From NCBI GenBank assembly GCA_013239625.1, contig MU056029.1, positions 744,001 to 808,000 on the forward strand: 64,000 nucleotides of DNA, written 5' to 3'. The stretch's first letter is position 1. Every line of letters starts with the position of its first letter. The position numbers and the translations under genes are program-made. The DNA comes from Lama guanicoe. Its lineage: Eukaryota. Positions 12,199 to 24,094 of this stretch are shown here, one piece after another. The notes beneath the pieces were generated by a model. The model saw only the letters and a program-made list of their open reading frames with translations. It was not told the DNA's origin and ran no database searches.

Positions 12199-12694
12199 TA
12201 AAGAAGAACAAAGCAGGATGCATCACGCTTCCTGATTTCAAGATATACTATAAAACTATATTCATCAAAACAGTATGGGACTGGCATAAAAACAGACCAA
12301 TAGACCAATGGAACAGAATCAAAAGCCCAGAAATAAACCCAAGTGAATACAATCAACTAGTATTTGACAAGGGAGCCAAGAATACTCAATGGAGAAAAGA
12401 TACTCTCTTCAATACGTAGTGCTGGGATCACTGGGTATTTGCATGTAAAAGAATGAAACTGGATTTATATCTTACACTGTTTACAAAAATTAACTCAAAG
12501 TGGATTAAAAATTTAAATGGAAGGCTTGAAACCATAAAACTAAAAGAAAACATCGGAATAAAGCTCCTTGACAGGGGTCTTGGTAATTATTTTGTGGATA
12601 TGACACCTAAAGCACAAGCAAGAAAATAAAAAATAAACAGTGGGGCTACATCAAAGTAAAAAGCGTCTGCACAGCAAAAGAAACCATCAACGAA
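12199..12694 (+). mobile_element. L1 ORF2 segment (inverted 5' arm)
   Basis: Translates [19 protein letters not shown]...[20 protein letters not shown], which is L1 ORF2. Confidence 0.95.
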
Positions 12695-13950
12695 CGAGGC
12701 AGCTCCAGTTCTCTGGGCGATGGAGAGGGGGACAGCGAAGGGCCTTGGACTCCCCCTAGAGGCCAAAAGGGGAACAGTCCTTGCACTGGGCTGATCATGG
12801 CCCGCTGTTTCACCTCCAACTGAGAAAGCGAGGTTCATGGAGCAATCCCCAGCCCTACAAAACAGTTTTCAAAGTCCTCCAAATACTGGAAACCAGGAAA
12901 CGTAGCAAGTGAATTGCAGGACTGGCATCTGTTAAACAGAGCTGTACCCGTGCTGACTGGCCGTTGTTTTGTTCACATGGTCAGTGTTTGATCCATGTGC
13001 CTAGTTAGATAGCTGTAATGTCACTACTGGTTAGGGGCCAGCTGCACAGAGGTGACAGGGACAGGCATGCGGCACTCCTGGAGTGGCAGGCACTAACCCA
13101 CGACATCTGGTCCTCAGACGCCACAGGTTCTCATACGAGCTAGCTGCACTCACAGGGGCCTTGTTACATGGTATTGTAACTTACACCCACTGGGAACTTG
13201 TTACCCTGCGTTGTAACGACTATGTTCGTTATGATTACCTTTGTATGCTGTGCGGTTCCTGAGGACAGGAATGTTGTGTAATCTCCTAGGTCCAGAACGC
13301 AGTAGCTACCCAAAACTGAATCACTGAAAGGATAGAAGTCTGTGCATGTAGGTAACATCTTGGAAAATGACCAGCTCATGGATTTTAATCAGCAGTAAGG
13401 CAGGTTGCCTCCCACATCTTCCCATCCATTAAATCGACAGCATTTATTGCTTCTGAGAGAGAGCAGAGAGCACCACCAACAGAAAAGCCATTCTTCAATA
13501 TTCAGTTTCAGCCACACTCTTCAGAGTCTATAACGTTGAGATCCTGGCTTTCACAGAGCCGATTCCAGAGATCTGAGAAGAGAGCTTCGCTGTGAGTCTT
13601 ATGACAGACACAGGATGTGAGGCGAATCCCTGTCTGGCAGGAAGAGCTGTGGGAGAGAGCCCGCGGCAGGGAGAGACTGGGGCAAATATGGTTGTCCTTG
13701 GGGAAGGTGGCAACGTCCAGACAGGTTTGGGAAACCTGAGAACACGGGGACTGGTATCTGCTGCTCTGGGCTCATCATGGCACACATCCAAACAGAGTGG
13801 CCCTGACGGGGGAGGAAGGGGCGGGGACGACAGGGGGCAGGGTACGGCAGGTGGCCATGGCAGTGGAGGTCCTAGACTTGACTTCCACCTGTAGGAACCT
13901 CGGCGCTTTTTGGATCTCAAAGGGGCACGCTTATGCTCAAAGGTAGAGGA

Positions 13951-14450
13951 TGTCGACTGAAAAAAAGTACACAACCTAAAAGCTGAGAGTTATGCTTTAT
14001 TTGGCGGACATTTCTGAGGACTCAGCCAGGGGTGACAGCCACAGATCGCTCTAAGGGGCTGCTCTGAAGACGTAGGGGAGGAGCCAGGATGTATAAGAGT
14101 TTTTACAAGAGAAACCAGGTAGGCAGAACATCAAATGATGACTGTTAATTAAAGAAAACCAGACATCTCAAGTTAAGGAATTTAGGGCTTTTCTATGTGT
14201 GGGAAAGTGCAAAGATCTGGGCTCGTGGAAATAATTCCTTTGACAAGCACCTAGCCATCTAGGGCTAATATCCTGTTCTTCCACATCCTGAGTTCCCCAG
14301 GGGGCGCCGTTGAGGGTGGCTGCGGAGGCCGGGCCGCCTGCTTAGACAAGCAGCCTGAGCTCACTGCTAGGGGGTGGCGGCAGCGGCTGATGGCTGGACG
14401 GCTTCAGCATTCTTTGTTTACTGATACGGCTGCAATATTTTTCATCTACA
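13951..14450 (-). mobile_element. ERV1-type solo LTR (MER41-related, artiodactyl-type), copy A1
   Basis: TG...CA termini, 500 bp; minus-strand AATAAA near 13996; colinear with the copy at 55082-55582; no TSD seen (agga/gcta). Confidence 0.85.
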
Positions 14451-16299
14451 GCTATATTCTGAGGCTCTGGGAGGATGTGAATTGGGGGCGGGGGGCGCCG
14501 TTCAATCCACTGCAGTGGGGTTTAAGTTCAGAACCAGTTGTCAGGAAGGGATAAGGACCCTTTGATCGGGAAGACAGCTAGTATAATAAAATGAAATGAG
14601 AAATTAAAATAACTTTAATTGGGCTGGAAATACTCCTGCAATCACATTTTTGTATTGTTCACTTTCTAGTCATTACCATATCCTTAACTTTTAAGTGCAT
14701 GATATTGGTAGTTTTTAGGCTTAAAGACAGTCTGGAGGGATCAGAGAACTTACAAGGATAAAATGTATGCGAATTCAGGATAAAAGGATAGGCACAAAGG
14801 TAGAATTCATGTGAATAAAATGCACGTGCGGGGTTCCAGTGGGCATCTGCCTTTCTTTAGGTGTCTCTTGTTAAAAATCTGTGTGTGTAGAATTGATTGA
14901 AAATTGACATGTGTCAGCACAGAAGCCCCCGCCCAGCCCTGGGTGCCCCTCTTGGGGTGTCCCCCCCTCCAGCTCTTTTGTGTTTTCAGTCACGGATCTT
15001 GGATTTCAAGGTGTGGGAAGTGTTCCCTCAAGGGTGGCCGTCTCCAAGCTGTAACTCAGGGTCCTGCAATTACTGAGATTAATGGAGCATTTTCATCTGG
15101 GGAGCCACCTCCAGAGACACACCTGGATGGAGGGGCGTGTCTGGAGGATGCGGCAGGCAGATGCTCACGCTGGCCCCCCCCACCTCCCTCTGGGCAGTGG
15201 TTTATTCTGGGGAGCAGGAAAAGACTGAAGTCAACTTGTTTATCTTTGGAATAGTCAGAATGTGGTCCAAATCACACTGTAAAAATGTCAAATCCCCGTT
15301 GTAAATGGGTGATGGCAGTGTACAGCCAGAGCGGACACTCACTGCCGCCCTTCCCCCAGCCTCCAGGTTTCCCCGGGTCTCTAAAGAGACAGAGACCAAC
15401 AAGGAAGTTAAAACACCAGAAAGGCGGGGAGGGGCCTAAAGTAGGTAAGTCAGAGGGTGCAGATGCTGGGTTGCAGAAATATCTAAGAAAACTGAATACA
15501 CAGACCTTGGTTCTATCCCAACTGAGTCTCAAGAATAAACCTCAAGTCCTTCATAATTCCCCAAATTTGACATGTAAACTAAATCATAACATGAATCATA
15601 GACTTTGTCAAGGATAAAGACAAATGCCTTTGATGCCTGTATGTATGCATGTGCTTGTGTGAATATAATGAATATATTGGTATAAATATGTACACAGGTT
15701 AAGCCAGAAATCTGTTTTCTAAGAAACACATATAAAACATGGTATTATGGATAGCTTTTAAAATAAATGTTTCAGTACTACTGTTTTTATTATGAATTTA
15801 TATAGCAGTTTTGCTCTGAGAAGTTCAAAATGAATGGAATGATTATGACTCCAATTTTCCTTCCAAGTTAAGAAGACATAGGAGAAATCACATATTTTAG
15901 ACTTAAAAAGACACCAAGAAATCCTACTGTCCAGACATCTTATTTTTTCAGATGATGAATATGATGTCCAGCCAAAAGTGACACGATATTGTGCTATATT
16001 GTGCTTTTAGGTAAATTAAACCTCATTGTCTACCAGAGACACTGCGGCTCCCTTTAGTTCAATCATGAACTGAACCAAGATTCGTGTCAGTTCAATCATT
16101 ACCCAACATGGCTCTTAAGAGCCAAACAACGGATTTCATCACCATAAATTTAGAAATAAAGCAAGTTCAAAATTACCTAGAATGTGTCTGAATTAAGGCT
16201 CTACATTCTACTAGAAGAAGTAATAGAATTACCATGTTAATAAAAATTGAATAAAGAAACCTTTTTATGTTTGAGTAGCTCGTTTTTACTATTGTCTGA

Positions 16300-16470
16300 G
16301 GCCCTCACTCTTGGCTGCACAGTTTAATCATTTGGAGAACGGGACTCCTGGACCCCACCCCAGACATTCTGCTATCATGGGTCTGGAGGTGGGTGCTGGG
16401 CACCATTATAGTTTATAAAGTGCCTCCGCTGATTCAAGTGTGCAGCCAGAGTTGGGAACCACTGGTCTAG
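16300..16470. mobile_element. MER5-like hAT MITE
   Basis: ctcctggaccccaccccagacattctg...gattcaagtgtgcagccagagttgggaaccactg. Confidence 0.75.
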
Positions 16471-18112
16471 AGATTCTCCTTTTTCTACTGGGTCTTCTGA
16501 TGCACAGTCATTAGGTTCAGTGTAAAATTAAAAGTTAATAAGGTGGGAAAAATTGAGGCATATGAAATATCTGTGTGGAGATATGTTAACAATAAAGGCA
16601 TTCACTTTACTTCACGTTCATCTAAACCACTAAACACACCCCTCCCCCACCAGCAGCAGCAGCAGTTCCAGGTTCCCACCAGTGTTACTCTCCCAAGGAT
16701 CATAAGCCTTTTCTCTAGACCCTGACTCTATTTCCTTGCCCTCAAATAAATCCTGTCTGTATTTCCTACTCTCAGAGTACCTTTTTCCATATTTCCTATT
16801 TTAGAAAGGGGCATTTCTCCCTTTCTAGCAACGGAAATCAGAAACTTGCTCCGGGCAGAGAGCCGGGTGCTGGGGATTCAGTGGCTGAAAGGACCGGCTC
16901 TTGGCTGCCCTGAGGGTGTGGACTTTGAGGCCAGGTCATCACTGAGTCAGGTGCTTCCAGAACTTTTGTGTTGGTTGCCATACTGGTGAATGCCACATGG
17001 ATGGCCTCCTGACTCATCTCCCAGCCCAGCTTTCTCCGGCAGCCAATGAGCGCTCTCCAGAAGACAAACTTGATGATGCCCTTCCACTTACAGTCATCAG
17101 TTTATTTGTCATTGGCAGAATGTACACTCTTAACTGGCCGCGGTTTATAGCCCTCCATGTCTGATATGAGCCGCAGCACAGCCCCCTTTCACGGCTCCAC
17201 AGCATCCTGCGTTCTGTGCTGCCTGCCTGCCGTGCTCCCCCCTCATTTGTTCACAGGGGACTTCCTCTATATCCTTAAAACCACAGGCTTTGTGTGACCT
17301 TGCCTTTGAAGGCTTCCTTTACAAGCCTTTAGAAACTTAGGCTTCCTTTCCTTGATTAGTCCCAACTCTTTGAATAGGAAGTCATTTTATTGTAGTTGTC
17401 ATCTTTTCTGTTATTTTCAGTTGTTCTTTTTTTTCGTTTAAGAGTATGTTAAGACTACCTTATTCCCACCATACAAAGTTGGTCTTTCTCAGTAAATGTT
17501 CGTGGTTTAAAAATCCAAGGACTTAACAACTTAAAGAGATTCTTTTTTTCTGCTAGTTTGCCATTTTCCACTTTCAGTATCTATCACCTCATTCTAATGA
17601 TTTTCACCACATTAGATTGATATACCTTCTATTTTCTTATTATCAACTCATTTTCTACTTTCTTATTATCAACTCATCTTCTATTTCTTTTCTATACTCT
17701 ATGTATCTGTCACCTATGCATCAATCTTTTCTCATCTGTCCACCTTGATATTTTTCCCTGAGCCACTTGAAAATAAGCACAGAGCTCATGCCCACATGAA
17801 AAGATAGACCAAGAGAAGTTGCTTTTCCACCTTTACCCCCCATTCCTACCTGTTGTGAGTAATCGTTTGCACTTGTTTCTGATTTATCATGGCAATCATT
17901 TTTGCAATAATAATCGAGTATGTTGTCTTAATACCTCACTGACTCTCTCACAGCTCTCTGTGCTTTTATGGCTATTGTTGGTTTCTTCCTTGCAATGAGA
18001 TGATCACCACATCCTTGAGCACACTTAAAATATTTTGTTACCTGGACAATGTTTCAAAGAAATAGATAGTGCAAATATATACTTGAGGAGAAAAGACGTA
18101 AAAAAGAAATAA

Positions 18113-18145
18113 ACACACACACACACAGATACACACACACACACA
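18113..18145. repeat. Interrupted (CA)n microsatellite
   Basis: acacacacacacacagatacacacacacacaca seen directly. Confidence 0.9.
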
Positions 18146-19849
18146 TGCCTTCAGTATATTAAGTTGTGAGAAAGAAAGAAAATTGGCTTGATCGAAACAG
18201 ATCAGTGGGTGGAATATATTTTCACATCCCAACAGCCTCCATCAAGGTTCAGACCCCAAAACAGAGCGATGCCTTGGCCCAGGTGAAATAGCAGGTTTCT
18301 GCTGCAATAATTTTGAATTATATCTAAATCTTTTGCAAAAACAGAGAAGATGAAACCTTGAAGGCTGGAGGCAAGTTGAAGAAATCTTTCTTCCTGAGCA
18401 CTGGACTGAATGCATATAGAAGGTGTAACAAGAATTCTGGCTATACATCTTCAAGGCCGGGAGGAAGAATTCTTCCACAGGGGTTAGTGGAAAGGATCAA
18501 ATATTTCTCCGGAATTCCTGGAACGTTTGTTTGAGGCATTAATTAGAGCAGTGATAGGTAATTCACACTGGGGCAGGAAAGGTAATCAGTGAATGATGTT
18601 ACTAGGCAACCAAGGAAGATGGGAGGGACTTCAACGAGTATTGGGAGCTGTAGACCCAGAAGTAACTCAGCTGAGATGCTTGGGGCACAAAACATGAGGT
18701 GTGGAGCACAATTTTATTGTTAAAGTTAATTAGAGAATGACCCCCAAAGCGTCTATATGAAATCTCTGAAAGAGGAAACAGAAGATGAGAGAGGAAATAG
18801 CCTCCTTATGCCGATTGCGTCATGTGTCCCAGGCACTTGGAGGCAAAACAAAAACAAATAGGAAAACCACTGCTTCAGGGAGCCTCAATCTAATGTAAAC
18901 AGAAAGTGCTCTACAATGGCTGTTTTGGAAAAATGATATGCAAAGGCCCTTTTCTGAACACACAAAAAAATACACTCTACGCACTATCTGTACCTTGCTT
19001 CTCATACTTAACATACAAAGAGTTCTTTTTTAATTCGTTCACATCACAGTTCACATTATTTTATTTCATAGTTTATTTAGCCAGTTCGTGACAATAGTTT
19101 GTCCAATCCTATTACTAGTCTTTTGGGTTACTTTATCCTGATGTATAGTGAATACCATGGAAATGAGCTGTTTTAAATTTGTTGATGGGAATCTTGAAGT
19201 GATGCTCCCAAAAATGAGAGAAAGGTAAGTGCATCTACAATTTTGTAGGGTTTTGCCAAGTTCCCTTCCATCTAGTGCATCATTTTCCATAATCTTACCA
19301 GTAACAGATTGGGTTGGTAAGTTTGGGATTTGTGCCAACCTTGTGGGTGAGAAATGGGTACCTTCGCACAGTTTTAATGCGCCACGTGAGTGAGTATCTT
19401 TGCCTGGCACGTGCTTTGCGTATTGGTTGTCTGACTAAGTTTGTATTCCTTTCTTAGAAAACAAAAAGAATTCTCTTCTTTATATGTTAAGAAAATAAGT
19501 CCTTTTGTCCATGATACAAATTGCAAATATTTTCCCCAAGAATATTTGTCTTTTGACTTTGCTTATGACTTTCTTTGCTAAGCTTTTTTTTAATGTAGAG
19601 AAATGACCAATTTCTCAAATTTGTTGTACATAAAAGGCTTTTCCGCTCCCAAACTGTAAAGACATGCATCCATCTTTTCTTCTAGAACTCGAATGGTTCC
19701 ATTTTTAGTCATGACTTTCTAATCCATTTGGATATTATTTTGGCATATGATGTTAGATAAATATACGCACTAATTATTTTCCAAGTGGCTATCTAGTTTT
19801 AAAACCTTTTATCAAATATTTATTGCTTTCAATGATTTGAGAGGCCACA

Positions 19850-20035
19850 TTCTGGTGGCCTAAAAAGACCCTCACATCTGGTATTCACACCTTTACATGC
19901 TTGTCCACAAAGTGTGACAAGGGTGATGGGTGTCACTCTCATGATTGCCCCTTAGGATTAAGTGATGCCACGTGTGGGTTTTTAGCTGCTAAGTTGATAG
20001 TAATATTTGTTACACAGCAATAGATAGCTAATATA
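19850..20035 (+). mobile_element. Internally deleted MLT1 LTR remnant
   Basis: ctggtattcacaccttt... and the end taatatttgttacacagcaatagatagctaata. Confidence 0.7.
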
Positions 20036-21174
20036 TCCCAAATTTCCAAATGCATTTTGGACTAATTCTGTGCTTTCTATTCTGTTGTGTTGGTTTGTAA
20101 CCTTTAAATGTGTTAGTAATCCTATTTAATCATGGTTCTTCATAGCATGTCTGGTTGAACTAACTCCATTCATAGTTATTCTTTTTCATAGGTTGTCCTG
20201 GCTATTCTTGATTGATTATTTATGCACATAAAATGTAGAGTTAGTTTGTCTGGGCAAGAAGAAAAATTGTTATCTTCATTGGGATAACATTAAAATTTTA
20301 TGTTAACTTGAAGAAGTTGGCAAGTGTATGATGCTGAGTCATTTACTTAAGAATGTGTTCCACTTTGCCTTTCAGAATTGCATATAGATTTGGCACAATT
20401 TTGAATGATCAGTTATTAAACTTTAAAAAGATTAGAAGTGTCAAATTGTTTGAAACACTATTTTACTATCCATTGAAATTTCTGAATATGATCAATTAAC
20501 ATGGTAAAATATTAAGCATTTTTAAAGTCAGGAGTAAGTGTCAGATAACATTTCAGAGCCTATGGAAGTAACTGATTATGAGTTTTCTTCTTAGGTTTAT
20601 TAATATTGTGAAAGACATTAATGTATCTTCTAACACTGAGCTATCATTAAATTCCTGAAATTCCTAGAATTCTTTCTTTTTCACCATGCATACTTTTCTA
20701 ATGTGCTATGGGTTTTTATTTGCTCATATTTTATATAGAATTTTTGCATTTATAAGTGAGATTGGACTGTATTTTCCTTTTTGTATAATATTTGACAGGT
20801 TTGGGATACATTATAGGTCAATATGCTTTTTCTTTTTTCTGCTTCCAAATAAGTAAAGAACACTAGGATCTTCCTACTGTTAAATAGGTAGAATTTCCTT
20901 GATAAATCACCTGGACTTGATGCCCTTTTTTTTCTTTTTTGGCGGAGAGGGCATATAGCTTTTTGGAAAATTTCTCTATTGCATCTATGAAGATTCATTT
21001 ATTAAGCTTTCTATCTTTATTGGAATTAATTTTGATTAATAATGAATTTTCTAAGAAATTGTTGATCTCAATTACTTTTTCAATTTTATTTGTCTAGTAT
21101 TGAGTAAAAAGGTCTCTTATTTTAAAAATTTCCTCTGTTTTAATGTATATTTCTCTCTAGATGTATCTTTTTTT

Positions 21175-21907
21175 AGAGCACACATACACCTTTTTATTTA
21201 AAATACATATTTCTGTTATTTAAACAAACTGATCACATAAGTTGTGAAAATATTGTGAAATAAGCTTTATGTTCATCCCCAATCCTTTCATTTTATTCAT
21301 TTTTTTTATTGAGTTACAGTCAGCTTACAGTGTTGTGTCAATTTCTGCTGTAGAGCACAATTCTTCAGTCATATATGAATATACATATATTCATTTTCAT
21401 ATACTTTTTCACTGTGAGCTACTACAAGATATTGAATATATTTCCCTGTGCTACACAGTATAAACTTGTTTATCTATTCTATATATACCTGTCAGTATCT
21501 ACCAGTCTCGAACTCCTAGTCTGTCCCTTCCCATCCCCCTCCCCCTTGGCAACCACAAGTTTGTATTCTATGTCTGTGAGTCTGTTTCTGTTTTATATTT
21601 AAGTTCGTCTTCTTCTTTTTTTTTTTTTTTTTTTTAGATTCCATATATGAGTTAATATCATATGGTATTTTTCTTTCTCTTTCTGGCTTACCTCACTTAC
21701 AATGACATTCTCCAGGACATCCATGTTACTGCAAACGGCATTATGTTGTCATTTTTATGGCTGAGTAGTATTCCCTTGTATAAATATACCACTACTTCTT
21801 TATCCAATCATCTGTCAATGGACATTTAGGTGGTTTCCATGTCTTAACTGTTGTAAATAGTGCTGCTATGAACATTAGGATGCAGGTGTCTTTTTGAATT
21901 AGGGTTC
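21175..21907 (-). mobile_element. 5'-truncated young L1 3' end (~21290-21907) with a probable ~115-bp 3' transduction (21175-~21290)
   Basis: TSD ctagatgtatcttttttt (21157-21174) / ctagatgtgtcttatttt (21908-21925); TT|AAAA on the minus strand; second minus-strand AATAAA at 21193-21198. Confidence 0.8.
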
Positions 21908-22003
21908 CTAGATGTGTCTTATTTTAAATATTTTGCTTTCTCCTTTTCTGTCTTGATTGGGATATATAAGGTGTTTATATTATTGATTTTTCAGTCACTT
22001 TTT

Positions 22004-22478
22004 CCATTATATGTTATTATAAAAAATTGAATATATTTCCCTGTGCTATACAGTAAGACCTTGTTGTTTATCTATGTTATATATAGCAGTTTGTATCTGT
22101 TAATCCCAAACTCCTAATGTATTCCTCCCACACCCCCTTTCTCCTTTGGTAACCATAGTTTGCTTTCTATGTCTGAGTCTGTTTTTGGTTTGTAAATGAA
22201 TTTTGTATTTCTTTTTTTTTAGATTCCACGTATAAGTGGTATCATATGATTTTTGTCTTACTCTGTGTGCCTTACTTCACTTAGTGTGATCATCTCTAGG
22301 TCCATTCATGTTGCTGAAAATGGCATTATTTCATTCTTTTTTGTGGCCGAGTAGCATTGTACTGTATATAAAGACACACATCTTCTTAATCCAGTCATCT
22401 GTTGATGGACATTTAGGTTGTTTCCATGTCTTGACAATTGCATACAGTGCTGCCATGAACATTGGGGTGCATGTGTCA
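22004..22478 (-). mobile_element. Truncated L1 3' fragment
   Basis: L1 3' UTR motifs (agattccacgtataagtg, ggacatttaggttgtttccatgtc); flanked by agtcacttttt at 21993-22003 and 22482-22492. Confidence 0.9.
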
Positions 22479-24094
22479 AAGAGTCACTTTTTAAAGTGGA
22501 TTTCAAATTCTGTTTTTCTGTTACCTACTTCTATCTACCTGTTATTTTCTGCTGCTTCTTTCTTTTGATTTACTTCCTTTTCCTAGCTTTTTGAGTTGTA
22601 GGTTTAATTCACTTATTTCATTTTTCTTTTTTAATCAGTATTTGAGGCTACTTTAAAAAAATTTACCCCTGCTTTAAATGTATCCTATAGATTCTGACAT
22701 GTATATTTTATTATCAATACTTTGACTTAAGAGTTGTTTGAGAATTTTTAACTACACAGCTGGATATTTCAACATTTATTTCTACCACCGTTGAATTATG
22801 GTAAATTTTTTTTACTTACTATTTCTATTTTATGGAATTTATTGAGATTTTCTTTATACCTAACAATAAATGATTAATTTTTATGAATGTCTCATGGCCA
22901 CTTGAAATGTGCAAAGTCCATAAAATTAATAATACCTACAATATTAATCATATACTTTGGTTTTTTATTTAAGATGTATCTATAATATTATATGTATATG
23001 TAATACATATATTTTTATTCGCTTGTAGTAACAATGCTGTGTGAAAAAAAATAACCAATCCCTTTAATAAGTAATGTGTTTCTATATACTTCACCTCGAA
23101 TTTCCTATAGTTTCGACTTGGTGCTATGTTATTTTGTATGTAGATATTTATAACTGATACATATCTGTGGATAAATCTGTCACTTGTATTTTAAGGAGTC
23201 TGTCTAGTTTAATAACTTTTGGCCTGAATTTTATCTTGCCTTGTATCTAGCTTGTAACCCCTACTTTCTGTCTGCTATTACATTTTTACACATTCTTTTA
23301 TTTTTAGACCTTTTACTTTCTTTGTTTTAGGCATCTCTTTTATATTCAGCATATACATGTTTGCTTTGTGAACCAATATGAAAATAATTTTTTTACTTAA
23401 ATAGACAAGATAAGCCCCTTTACATATATTGATTAAGTGATACATTTGATTGATTTAGACATAGTATTTTATTTTATTTCTTATACGTATTATGTTATAT
23501 TTATTATATGTATTTTACTATGTTGCCTTTCTCTTTCTTTTTTTCATTTACTTTGGCTTTATAATTCTTTTTGCATGAAGAATAGTTGGCATTTTGTTTG
23601 AGAGAGTTGTCCATTTAATGCCTCCATCACCTTTTTTTATTACTCAAGCTTCTATTATTCTCACATCAAAATTACATCCTTTGTCACCCACTTAACGGTC
23701 ATATGGCAATCAAATTTTTATTATACTATTCTTTCCTTTTTAAAAAAATTTGTATTATTTTCACTTTGACAGAACTAGCTCTGAATTTACTTTTCTTAGC
23801 CAAATTTCTCAAGTACAGCCAGTCCTTTCAAAATTATTTTTTGCAACTTCTTTCATTCAAAAAATATGTTGAATTGTAGTTGTTTTAGTTCTATTTCATT
23901 TCCCCCCCAACTCTTCAGAAAAATACTTTCAATAAACAATGTAACAATAGTAATACCCACAGCACAACTAATTTCTCCGTTTTGGGGTTTCACTTTTCGC
24001 AGGTGTTATATTTAAATGACATTTTCAATCTGTGATCTGTGTTAAATACAGAGGGGTTTTTTTAATGTTAAAATACTATGTTAATCTTTGTCCA

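Larger units (their letters stand above)
19020..23900 (-). mobile_element. Long, highly decayed old L1 (L1ME-like) with nested insertions
   Basis: T-rich antisense L1 motifs throughout (ttgcaaatattttcccc, gtcctggctattcttg, agaatttttgcattt, gtatcctatagattctgacatgt); interrupted by MLT1 and younger L1 pieces. Confidence 0.75.

Noticed and set aside
11424..12838. ORFs with protein-like sequence
   Set aside because: Decayed LINE-1 ORF2 or its antisense, not host genes
17627..17686. 26-bp tandem duplication (tttcttattatcaactcat..ttcta)
   Set aside because: Low-complexity slippage product with no further structure
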